A DNA stretch of 24,710 nt from positions 1 through 24,710 of the IMG/VR virus record IMGVR_UViG_3300035139_000043. One strand, 5' to 3'. A program made the translations under genes and the position numbers. The notes below the pieces were generated by a model. It worked only from the letters and a program-made list of their open reading frames with translations. It was not told where the DNA came from and did not search any database. Below are positions 1 to 7,529 of the stretch, piece after piece. Source of the DNA: a virus. Taxonomy: Duplodnaviria; Caudoviricetes. How positions within the stretch are numbered: position 1 is the stretch's first letter; every line of letters begins with the position of its first letter.

Positions 1-2
1 AC

Positions 3-50
3 CCTAAATTTGATCGGGAAAAGTTTGAAAAAAGAATAGAATTAGATTGA
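3..50 (+). CDS. 3' end of an upstream ORF (partial), ...PKFDREKFEKRIELD*
   Basis: Open frame from the window edge to TGA at 48-50, followed by a terminator-like hairpin. Confidence 0.5.
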   Translation, partial: PKFDREKFEKRIELD

Positions 51-76
51 CAGAAAACAGTAAAACGTGCTACATT
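47..76 (+). promoter_or_regulatory. sigma70-type promoter P1 (-35 TTGACA, extended -10 TGcTACATT)
   Basis: TTGACA 47-52, 18-bp spacer, TG at 68-69, TACATT 71-76; RBS AAGGAG 114-119 and ATG 128 lie downstream. Confidence 0.7.
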
Positions 77-111
77 TAAAGCAGGTTCGTTGAACCTGCT
101 TTATTTTTTTT
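77..111 (+). terminator. Intrinsic terminator-like hairpin / perfect inverted repeat over the P1 start site
   Basis: TAAAGCAGGTTC (77-88) - GTT - GAACCTGCTTTA (92-103), then a T run at 104-111. Confidence 0.7.
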
Positions 112-127
112 ATAAGGAGTTTTGCAG

Positions 128-565
128 ATGGCAAAAAGCAAAACAAAATCTTCAGGGGATGCTTCAAAGGAAGAATTGAAGCAAGCGAAAAGGGAAGCAA
201 AGATCAGGATCAGGGATTTTATTAAATCCCTGGAAGATGATCACCAATTGAAAGCTGATCTTCTGCTTGTAGTGGGTGTTGGTAGAGTTGGTAGAAAATC
301 AACAGTTGCTTCTATGAACATGCAAATCAAAGATGCTTTGATAGAAGCAGGGGAACAGGGACTAACCGAAATGGACATTTTCAAACAGTTCAAAATTGGT
401 CGTCCTGAAATGAACAGGAAGGTTCGTTTGTTCCTAAAGGTTGCCGATCCTGATTCAAGGGTATGGGTTAGCTTCAAAGATGGTGTTTACAGAGTTGAAG
501 CACTTGGAGCAAACCCACCTGAAGAATGGGGTGGTTATCTTCCTTCAGATGTAGAGCAGCTATAA
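128..565 (+). CDS. Putative DNA-binding protein (Lys-rich N-terminus, winged-helix-like C-terminal half)
   Basis: ATG 128 is 8 nt after AAGGAG (preferred over TTG 122). QIKDALIEAG-EQGLTEMDIFKQFKIGRPEMNRKVRLFLK...VWVSFKDGVYRV resembles helix-HTH-beta-hairpin. The fold is inferred. Confidence 0.55.
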   Translation: MAKSKTKSSGDASKEELKQAKREAKIRIRDFIKSLEDDHQLKADLLLVVGVGRVGRKSTVASMNMQIKDALIEAGEQGLTEMDIFKQFKIGRPEMNRKVRLFLKVADPDSRVWVSFKDGVYRVEALGANPPEEWGGYLPSDVEQL

Positions 566-585
566 AGCTGCACGGTTTACCTTGC

Positions 586-615
586 AAAATCCCCTGGAAA
601 CAGGGGATTTTTTTT
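586..615 (+). terminator. Rho-independent terminator
   Basis: AAAATCCCCTG-GAAA-CAGGGGATTTT stem with a GNRA loop and a T tract to 615, 20 nt after the stop of 128..565. Confidence 0.9.
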
Positions 616-616
616 A

Positions 617-645
617 TTGACAATTTAATTTAAATCTGGTACTGT
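617..645 (+). promoter_or_regulatory. sigma70-type promoter P2 for the packaging/virion operon
   Basis: TTGACA 617-622, 17-bp spacer, extended -10 TG(637-638)-G-TACTGT(640-645). Confidence 0.7.
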
Positions 646-711
646 TTAATAAATCCCATCTTCTAAATTCATTTTTAATTTATTACAACCTGCAATAATG
701 GGCTATACTAA

Positions 712-1065
712 ATGACATTAGATGAAAAGAAACAGGTAATTATAAATGAATTTGAAGCAATCCCAAATTTAGATTTAGCAATTGAATCTGCAAAAATAAA
801 TTATGGTTTAACAGATAAAGATATAAAACGTGCTTTTGAAGATTCTGATTTTAATAGAAGAATTAAGAAAGTTGAAATTGATTTTAAAAAAGAACTATTA
901 GATAATTATCTTGATTTGGTTAGATCAGTAAAAGATGATGATAGGTTAAAATCACAATTGTTAATTAAAAGTTTAGAAACATTTGTTTCTGAAGTATTTG
1001 GTTCAAAAGATAAAAAAGAAGCGCCTGTTGTTCCGCAAAAGATCATATTGGAAGGTGTAGATTGA
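712..1065 (+). CDS. terS: Probable terminase small subunit
   Basis: 117-aa helical protein directly upstream of TerL with a 4-nt overlap; C-terminal beta-strand-like KIILEG. Assignment is positional. Confidence 0.65.
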   Translation: MTLDEKKQVIINEFEAIPNLDLAIESAKINYGLTDKDIKRAFEDSDFNRRIKKVEIDFKKELLDNYLDLVRSVKDDDRLKSQLLIKSLETFVSEVFGSKDKKEAPVVPQKIILEGVD

Positions 1066-2339
1066 TCCAAAAAGTACAGATAATTAAAAAGGTTCAAGAT
1101 ACACTTGTTAAATCAGATAAAAGGCATAGGTTGATTGTTGGTGGTAGGGGTAAAGGTGCAAGTTGGTCAATAGCACGTGTTCTATTATTGGAAGGGATGC
1201 GTGATTCTTTATTTATTCCTTGTGTTCGTGAAATCCAAAAAACAATACGTTATTCAGTAAAAAAATTGCTCGACGATACAATTGAACATTTCGGGTGGGA
1301 ATGGTTTTATAATTCAACACTAACTGAAATTTCTGGTATTAATGGAACTAAGTTTATTTTTGTAGGGATGCAGGATTTTAAAGCTGATGATGTTAAATCA
1401 CTTGAAGGTGCAGATCGGTGTTGGGTTGCTGAAGCACAAGCAATTAGTAGAAGATCAATTAATATTTTAAGACCAACAATCAGAAAAGAAAATTCTGTTA
1501 TCTGGTGGGATTTTAACCCACGATATGAAACTGATCCTGTTTGGATAGATTATATTTTAAATGCTGATCCTAATGCAGAAGTGCTTTGGTTAAATTGGAA
1601 AGATAACCCTTGGTTTACTGATGCATTAAAATTAGAATTAGAATCTGATTATAGAAGAAATGAAGAGGAAGCACGGCATATTTGGGAAGGTGAATTAAGA
1701 ACTGCTGGTGATCGTTTTGTATGTCCATCTTCTTTAGTTGATATTGCAATTGAAAATAAAATTAATTTTCTTGAAGGTGATAGTGTAGTAGGTGCAGATA
1801 TAGCGCATCAGGGTGGTGATCATATTGTATTTTATCGTAGGCATGGAAATAAAATAGTTGATAAGTATGAATCTCAATATCAAAATACACAAACAACAAT
1901 TAGACATTTAAAATCCTTTGCAATTGATAAATCAGTAATAATTAATATTGATAATGGTGATATTGGGAAAGCTGTTGCAGATTTTCTTGAAGCAGATGGT
2001 TGGAAAGTAAACAGAATTAATTTTGGTGGTAAACCAATTGATACAGAACACTATGAAGATATTGCAACAGAAATGTATTTTAATTTAAGGGATAAACTAC
2101 AATATATTGATATTCCAAATGATGAAGAATTAAGAAACCAATTAATACAAAGGAAATATGATTTTATAAATGGTCGTAGAGGTTATGAAGTAATGAAAAT
2201 TGAAAATAAAGATACATTTAAAGAACATGCTGTTATGAATAGTAATTCTCCTGATAAAGCTGATGCTTTAGTATTGTGTTTTTATGAAGGTGCAGCAAAA
2301 AATGCTTATGCTACAACAGTTGATTATAACATTTTTTAA
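1062..2339 (+). CDS. terL: Terminase large subunit (PBSX-like ATPase plus RNase H-like nuclease)
   Basis: GGRGKGAS (variant Walker A), CVREIQKTI, KSLEG-AD-CWVAEAQ (variant Walker B), LRPTIRKENS-IWWDFNP, NWKDNPW; nuclease GADIAHQGGD, IDNGDIG, SPDKADAL. Confidence 0.95.
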   Translation: MIQKVQIIKKVQDTLVKSDKRHRLIVGGRGKGASWSIARVLLLEGMRDSLFIPCVREIQKTIRYSVKKLLDDTIEHFGWEWFYNSTLTEISGINGTKFIFVGMQDFKADDVKSLEGADRCWVAEAQAISRRSINILRPTIRKENSVIWWDFNPRYETDPVWIDYILNADPNAEVLWLNWKDNPWFTDALKLELESDYRRNEEEARHIWEGELRTAGDRFVCPSSLVDIAIENKINFLEGDSVVGADIAHQGGDHIVFYRRHGNKIVDKYESQYQNTQTTIRHLKSFAIDKSVIINIDNGDIGKAVADFLEADGWKVNRINFGGKPIDTEHYEDIATEMYFNLRDKLQYIDIPNDEELRNQLIQRKYDFINGRRGYEVMKIENKDTFKEHAVMNSNSPDKADALVLCFYEGAAKNAYATTVDYNIF

Positions 2340-2350
2340 GGAAAATTAAC

Positions 2351-3712
2351 ATGGGGTTATTCGACCGAAAAAATAAAAAGAAAGAAAGAACTATTACAAT
2401 ACAAGCAATTTCAGATGTAGAGGGAAGAAAAGAAGCAGTTTTAATTGAATCATTATTAACTGGTAGAACAATCAATATTACTATTCCAGGTACAGTAAAT
2501 GCATATTCAAATTATGAATCACAAGTTATTGAAACGTATAGAAAATATAATGGTTTTAGTAGTTTTGGAAATCAGCAAGCACGTGCAATTGTTGATTTAA
2601 GAACTGCTTTTATTGCAGGGGAAGGTATTTCTGTAAGTGCTGAAAAAGATAGAACTGCAAAATGGATTGAAAAACAATTCCAGAAAAATAATTTTAATTC
2701 TATCAACTTTATTGAATCTGTAAAGGGTACTGAATTAGCTGGACAATCCCTTTTTATTCTAAAACCTAAAGAATGGATGGATGGTCAATTATATATAAAA
2801 TTTATTCGTGTTCCTTATTCAATTGACCATGCATATCGTCCTGTTTATGATGATAAACTAACAAAAGAAAATATTATTGATATTCAAATTAAAAAAGATG
2901 GTGTTTGGGTTAGTGCAGGGTTTAGGAATTATCTTTATGTTAGAACTGGTGGTGATGATTTTAGCAGCTATGGAGCAGTTACAAAAACAGGTGTTGTTTT
3001 AACTGACATAGAAAATTATGATAGAGCAATTAAAGATATGCGTAGAAATAATCATATCTTTGCAAGAATAACACCCGTTTTTGAAACTGCATCAGCAGGT
3101 GAAGCTAATGGTTTACAGGCAAAGTTGAATGATTTAAAATGGAAAATTGGTCAAGCTTTTATTGGAAGTGCGAAATTTAAATATGAAACACCATCACAAG
3201 GTGCACATGAAAATTTAAATTCTGAATTGGTTGCAACAGTTAAAACAATTTCTTCTGTTACTGGTGTACCTGTACACTGGTTAGGGTATGTTGATTTAAT
3301 GTCTAATAGATCAACAGCAGAAACCCTTTATGAAATGATCAAACAACATACAGTAAATGAAAGATCAATTTGGGAATCTTCATTATATGATATGATCATC
3401 AAAGCACAAGAAATGTATATTGATTCTGGTGGTCAAGAAATTTCAAACCTTGATTATAATTTTGAAGTAAAGTTACCCCTTATTGATTTTGCTGGTTTTC
3501 TTGATCGTGTAAAAGCTTTGAATCTTGCCTATACTGATGAAGCAATTTCTATTGATGATTATAGAAATATGCTTCCAGGTATTGATCCATATAAAACAAA
3601 ACGTGCAATTGAAAAAGAAAAGAAAAGTGAAAAAGATAATTTAATGTCTATGGGGTTGCAGTTGCAACAGCAAGAAAACAATTTAGAGCAGGAAGGGGAA
3701 CAGGCGATATGA
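2351..3712 (+). CDS. Portal protein
   Basis: 453 aa immediately after TerL; ISSVTGVPVHWLG...NRSTAE is a typical portal motif. Confidence 0.88.
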   Translation: MGLFDRKNKKKERTITIQAISDVEGRKEAVLIESLLTGRTINITIPGTVNAYSNYESQVIETYRKYNGFSSFGNQQARAIVDLRTAFIAGEGISVSAEKDRTAKWIEKQFQKNNFNSINFIESVKGTELAGQSLFILKPKEWMDGQLYIKFIRVPYSIDHAYRPVYDDKLTKENIIDIQIKKDGVWVSAGFRNYLYVRTGGDDFSSYGAVTKTGVVLTDIENYDRAIKDMRRNNHIFARITPVFETASAGEANGLQAKLNDLKWKIGQAFIGSAKFKYETPSQGAHENLNSELVATVKTISSVTGVPVHWLGYVDLMSNRSTAETLYEMIKQHTVNERSIWESSLYDMIIKAQEMYIDSGGQEISNLDYNFEVKLPLIDFAGFLDRVKALNLAYTDEAISIDDYRNMLPGIDPYKTKRAIEKEKKSEKDNLMSMGLQLQQQENNLEQEGEQAI

Positions 3713-3840
3713 AAGTAGTTACAGTAATGGATTGGTACAAGAAAAAGTATCCTAAAAAGTATGCTGAAATTACAGGTGAAGAAAAAGAGGAAAAACCAAA
3801 AGCTAAAATTGAAAAGAAATCAGAAATTAAAAAGGAATAG
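3709..3840 (+). CDS. Small Lys/Glu-rich protein, 43 aa (MKVVTVMDWYKKKYPKKYAEITGEEKEEKPKAKIEKKSEIKKE); not in the ORF track
   Basis: ATGA overlap with the portal stop, upstream GGAAGGGG SD-like sequence, and it exactly fills the gap to the next ATG at 3843. Confidence 0.75.
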   Translation: MKVVTVMDWYKKKYPKKYAEITGEEKEEKPKAKIEKKSEIKKE

Positions 3841-3842
3841 TT

Positions 3843-4298
3843 ATGTATAAAAAAGTTTTACAAGTTGCAACACCTGAAGGCGAAAAGATAGTTGCCCATG
3901 TTCAAAAATCAGGTACATGGGTAATTATTAATGTACCTTATTTAGAAGCTGTTAAAAAAGATAAACCTGAATTTGCAAAAAAGGGAATTATTAATTTCAA
4001 AGTAAAACTTTCAGATTATTCAAATGCAATTATTAGTTTAACAAAATATCTTGAAGATTTGTTTTTAAAGGAAATGTCTGATGAAAATAACCGTACAAGC
4101 ATTAGAACTAAATCTAAATCTGGAAGAAATGAAAGAAAAGATACCGAAACAAAAACTGGAACAACTGAAGGGGAAGGGGATTCTGCAAGCTTACACGATA
4201 GCACAAGAGGGAATCAGCAAACCCAAAGTGATCGGGGAAGGACAGCAGATTCTAAAATGGACAAAATCGACGATCAGGAGATTAGCAGACAAGATTAA
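3843..4298 (+). CDS. Hypothetical protein; about 80-aa globular part plus a polar/charged tail overprinted on the protease gene
   Basis: AAGGA SD before ATG 3843; the last 218 nt overlap 4081..5136 in another frame. Confidence 0.7.
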   Translation: MYKKVLQVATPEGEKIVAHVQKSGTWVIINVPYLEAVKKDKPEFAKKGIINFKVKLSDYSNAIISLTKYLEDLFLKEMSDENNRTSIRTKSKSGRNERKDTETKTGTTEGEGDSASLHDSTRGNQQTQSDRGRTADSKMDKIDDQEISRQD

Positions 4299-5136
4299 AG
4301 AGGGAACAAAGTTTTTTGTTGGGCATGGTGCAACAAATGATCATGATAATCGTGCTTCAGTTGGGGAAGTTTTGGTTTCTTTTCTAAAAGATATTGGTGG
4401 TAAATTATCAAATGTAATTATTGGGCATTTTCCAGATGAAAACAAAGTTAAAGATATGGATGTTTGCAGCATGGAAAGCGATATTGAAATAACTGAAGAT
4501 ATAGTTTCAGATATAAATGATGTAACTGGTATTGCATTAGGTTCAAGCGATCGTGAATCACCTGCTTTTCCAGGTGCTTTGCGTTTGGGTACTGTCCACT
4601 GTTTTAATATTCAAGCAGAAGAAAAAAACAATAAGGAGTCAAAAAAAATGGAATTAACTGTACAAGATGTAAAAAAAGCGATTAGTGATCTTAACATTTT
4701 CCCTTGGCAATTGTATAGCATAGACGATATGAAAAATGATCGTGTATTTGGGAAATTGTTTTCAGAAAACCAAACTTTAAAATCAGATAATGAAAGACTG
4801 AATAAAGAAAAATTAGATTTGGAGAGTAAAAGTAAAGAAGCTTTGCGAAAACTTGATATTGATAATGCAAGAAAAGAAATAAATAATTTAATGAGTGAAG
4901 GATTTACTGATAAACAGAAAAAGTTTATTAGTGATCGGTTTAAACCTGAAAGTATGGAAGATTTAAGTAAAGAAAGTTTAAATACATTTATTGAAAATGG
5001 AAAAAAAGAATTTGCTGAAACTGCACGTTTGTTTGGAGTTGATGAAACAATAAACAAAGGTACAGATAAAGGTGAAACTGAAGAAACACCTGAATCTTTA
5101 GAAGAGGAAGCACTAAAGTTAATGGGTGTAAAATAA
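4081..5136 (+). CDS. Prohead maturation protease fused to a scaffold domain
   Basis: Lies between portal and capsid. FFVGHG (His), VCSMES (Ser) and GIALG..ESPAFPGA resemble SH-clan prohead proteases; the C-terminal half is a charged coiled coil. Confidence 0.8.
   Translation: MKITVQALELNLNLEEMKEKIPKQKLEQLKGKGILQAYTIAQEGISKPKVIGEGQQILKWTKSTIRRLADKIKEGTKFFVGHGATNDHDNRASVGEVLVSFLKDIGGKLSNVIIGHFPDENKVKDMDVCSMESDIEITEDIVSDINDVTGIALGSSDRESPAFPGALRLGTVHCFNIQAEEKNNKESKKMELTVQDVKKAISDLNIFPWQLYSIDDMKNDRVFGKLFSENQTLKSDNERLNKEKLDLESKSKEALRKLDIDNARKEINNLMSEGFTDKQKKFISDRFKPESMEDLSKESLNTFIENGKKEFAETARLFGVDETINKGTDKGETEETPESLEEEALKLMGVK
4648..5136 (+). CDS. Nested in-frame scaffold protein (162 aa, MELTVQDVKK...)
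   Basis: Perfect AAGGAG at 4633-4638, 9 nt before in-frame ATG 4648, at the protease/coiled-coil boundary. Same arrangement as lambda C/Nu3 and Mu I/Z. Confidence 0.75.
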   Translation: MELTVQDVKKAISDLNIFPWQLYSIDDMKNDRVFGKLFSENQTLKSDNERLNKEKLDLESKSKEALRKLDIDNARKEINNLMSEGFTDKQKKFISDRFKPESMEDLSKESLNTFIENGKKEFAETARLFGVDETINKGTDKGETEETPESLEEEALKLMGVK

Positions 5137-5166
5137 TTTAATTTAATTTTTAAGGAGTAAAATGAA

Positions 5167-5541
5167 ATGGCAAAAGAAGTTGAATTGCTTGCAAAAAGCT
5201 ATGAAGAAGTAACTTATACACCTGCTGCTGCTGGTGTTGCAGGGGAAGTGCTTAAATCAAATGATGTACTTGGGTTTCTAATTGAAGATATAACTGCTGC
5301 ACAAGTTGCAGCAGGTGAAACCCGTACACTAATTACTAAAGCTGAAACTTGCAAAGTAATTAAAAATACTGGTGAAGTTTGGGCAGTTGGTGAACCTGTT
5401 TATTGGGATGATACTAATAATTGGTTTACTAATGTAGCTGGTGCGCTTGATCTTGCTGGTTACATTAAAGAAGCACAAACTGCACTGGTGCTTGAAGGTG
5501 TAATTAATTTTGACGGTTATGCTGCTTTCTTGAAAGCATAA
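5167..5541 (+). CDS. Capsid decoration/cement protein (DUF2190-like, beta-tulip)
   Basis: 124 aa just upstream of the MCP; AGEV...LGFLIEDI..GET...WAVGEPVYWD...LAGY pattern; strong RBS. Confidence 0.75.
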   Translation: MAKEVELLAKSYEEVTYTPAAAGVAGEVLKSNDVLGFLIEDITAAQVAAGETRTLITKAETCKVIKNTGEVWAVGEPVYWDDTNNWFTNVAGALDLAGYIKEAQTALVLEGVINFDGYAAFLKA

Positions 5542-5584
5542 TCTAATCTAATTTAAAAATTTATTTTTAAGGAGTAAACAAGAA

Positions 5585-6646
5585 ATGAATGTTGATCTTG
5601 AAAGAATGTTTGATCTTGTAGTTCACATGAATGAAAATGCTGGTGAAGATTATGTTTTGGAAAAGAAAAAAGGCATAGTCCTAAATTATAAACAGCAGGG
5701 GCATGTTCTGAATAAATCAATTCAGGCATTTATGCAAGCTGTTGCTGTAAAAGATTCAGATAATAAAATAATTCAGGCATTTTCTGGTAGTAGTGATCTA
5801 CCACAATTGACAAAAGATGTTTTTAATGTAACACAAGCTGTTCCTGAATTTGATACCTTTTGGCAACAGTCTTTCAGGGGTATTCGTTTGCGCCGTGGAC
5901 AACTAAGTTGGGAAATTGCAGACGTTGAAACTGGAATGACATTTGAACTAATCCCTGAAGGTGGAAAATGTAAATTTTATTCTGTATCTGGAAGTAAAAC
6001 AGATGCAAAAATTGAAAAGTATGGAATGGGAATTGGTGTTACATGGGAAATGATAGAGGCAAGAAAACTCTATCAGTTCATTAATTTAATGGAAGATGTA
6101 CGTGCTAAACTTAACAATTTGTGGGCTGATGTTCATTACGGTTTGCTTGCAACAGCTTGTGCTTTAAATGCTGTTGCATGGCAAGGTGGGGCAACTGATC
6201 CAATTTTGTCAAGGGATATTGCAACTGTAAATACAGGTTATGTAACAATTGGAAATGCAACTAAAGATAAAGGTTATGGTGATACTGCAAATGCGCCGAT
6301 GGTAATGTATGCTTCACCTAATCTAAAAGCACGGTTGATGCAGGTGTTCCGTGCAACTTCACCTGATATTGTTTCTGGTAGGGTTGTCGGTTCTGCTACA
6401 ACTTTAGCTGATGGGCAAATACTTGAATATAATGTAATTCCACGATTTAGTTGGAATTCAAATATTCCAGTTAATAAAGCTTTGCTTGTATTGCCTGCAA
6501 ATAAAATTCAAAATTCAGTTTACATGCAGGAAATGGGTTTGAATGAAAGGGATATTTCAACCCTTTCAGAAATGAGAACTTACTGGACAGCTTTTGGTGC
6601 AATTGTTGCTGATACGGATCAGTGCGCCGAATTGGCATTTGCTTAA
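5585..6646 (+). CDS. Major capsid protein (HK97 fold)
   Basis: 353 aa with a strong TAAGGAGT RBS; IPEGG...KYGMGIGVTWEMIE resembles HK97/Mu-gpT-type capsid motifs; followed by a hairpin. Confidence 0.9.
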   Translation: MNVDLERMFDLVVHMNENAGEDYVLEKKKGIVLNYKQQGHVLNKSIQAFMQAVAVKDSDNKIIQAFSGSSDLPQLTKDVFNVTQAVPEFDTFWQQSFRGIRLRRGQLSWEIADVETGMTFELIPEGGKCKFYSVSGSKTDAKIEKYGMGIGVTWEMIEARKLYQFINLMEDVRAKLNNLWADVHYGLLATACALNAVAWQGGATDPILSRDIATVNTGYVTIGNATKDKGYGDTANAPMVMYASPNLKARLMQVFRATSPDIVSGRVVGSATTLADGQILEYNVIPRFSWNSNIPVNKALLVLPANKIQNSVYMQEMGLNERDISTLSEMRTYWTAFGAIVADTDQCAELAFA

Positions 6647-6675
6647 AAGTAAGTAAGTAAATTAATTAAGTAATG

Positions 6676-6710
6676 AAAGCAGCAGGTAATTAATTTTACC
6701 TGCTGCTTTT
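6676..6710 (+). terminator. Stem-loop after the capsid gene (partial terminator or mRNA stabiliser)
   Basis: AAAGCAGCAGGTAA (6676-6689) / TTACCTGCTGCTTT (6696-6709), a 14-bp perfect stem with only a 4-T tail. Confidence 0.7.
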
Positions 6711-6722
6711 CAAGGGGTTAAA

Positions 6723-7163
6723 ATGGCATTAACAGTTGGTGTTAATAGTTGGTGTACTGTAGCAGAAGCAAATGATTATTTAGAAAATAAATTTGATACA
6801 AGGGAATGGTTTACATCAATACAAGATACTAAACCTAAAGGAATGGAAAGCAAAGAAACTTTATTAGTTTCTGCTTTTTATTGGTTGTATAATTCCCCTG
6901 ATTTAAATTTATCACCAACTTTAACTTCACAAAAAGTAAAAAATGCACAAGCTGAAGCAGCATGGTATTTATATAATCATTTTGAAGAATTAGATGCACG
7001 TAGAGCAGAAATCTATTCTGGTTTGACAGAATTTGAATTGTCAAAACGTAGGGAAGAATTAGAAATTAAAAATATTAAAATTCCTGATTTTATTATAGGT
7101 ATGTTACCTGAATACATGGTTGAAAATTATATTGTTGAATTACGTGGTCAATATGATATTTAA
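6723..7163 (+). CDS. Head-tail adaptor/connector (DnaT-like family)
   Basis: N-terminal NSWCTVAEANDYL and VKNAQAEAAWYL match typical adaptor patterns; located after the MCP. Confidence 0.8.
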   Translation: MALTVGVNSWCTVAEANDYLENKFDTREWFTSIQDTKPKGMESKETLLVSAFYWLYNSPDLNLSPTLTSQKVKNAQAEAAWYLYNHFEELDARRAEIYSGLTEFELSKRREELEIKNIKIPDFIIGMLPEYMVENYIVELRGQYDI

Positions 7164-7175
7164 GGAGTTTTATTT

Positions 7176-7529
7176 ATGGATTTTTACGGAGATAAAACAC
7201 AAATACTTGCTGAAGATTCAGCAGTAAATGCAACACAAGTTGTTTATACTGTACCCGCAGGGAAACGGTTTTATTTAATTTCATCTGATCTTGATACAGA
7301 TGCAGGTGCAGTTGGTATTGTATCTGCTGTAATTCAAGATGGAACACCAACAATTCAAAAATATATTAATCAAATTAGAGTTGGTGCAACAGCACAAGTA
7401 ATTCATATGGATCATTCACCTTTGAATTATCCTATTGAAATCCCTGCTGGTTGGGAAATTGCAGTAATTAGTGATACTGCTTTATTGACTGGTACACTGT
7501 CAATTTTTGGATTTGAAACAAACGCATAA
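7176..7529 (+). CDS. Small beta-sandwich virion protein, function unknown
   Basis: AAGGAG RBS; beta-rich sequence with VYTVPAGKRFYL and PIEIPAG; sits within the head-completion genes. Confidence 0.6.
   Translation: MDFYGDKTQILAEDSAVNATQVVYTVPAGKRFYLISSDLDTDAGAVGIVSAVIQDGTPTIQKYINQIRVGATAQVIHMDHSPLNYPIEIPAGWEIAVISDTALLTGTLSIFGFETNA

Noticed and set aside
683-711. TATACT at 704-709 as a promoter for a leaderless terS mRNA
   Set aside because: Only 2 nt from the ATG and no well-spaced -35; P2 at 617-645 fits better.
241-1097. Minus-strand ORFs 241..477 and 906..1097
   Set aside because: Antisense shadows of well-supported + genes; no SD and no recognisable motifs.
1062-2339. TerL as a pseudogene because of the Walker changes
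   Set aside because: The ORF is intact, other ATPase and nuclease motifs are conserved, and neighbouring genes show no decay.
4016-5057. Minus-strand ORFs 4016..4204 and 4611..5057
   Set aside because: S/F/L-rich mirror translations of K/E-rich + strand coding; no independent signals.
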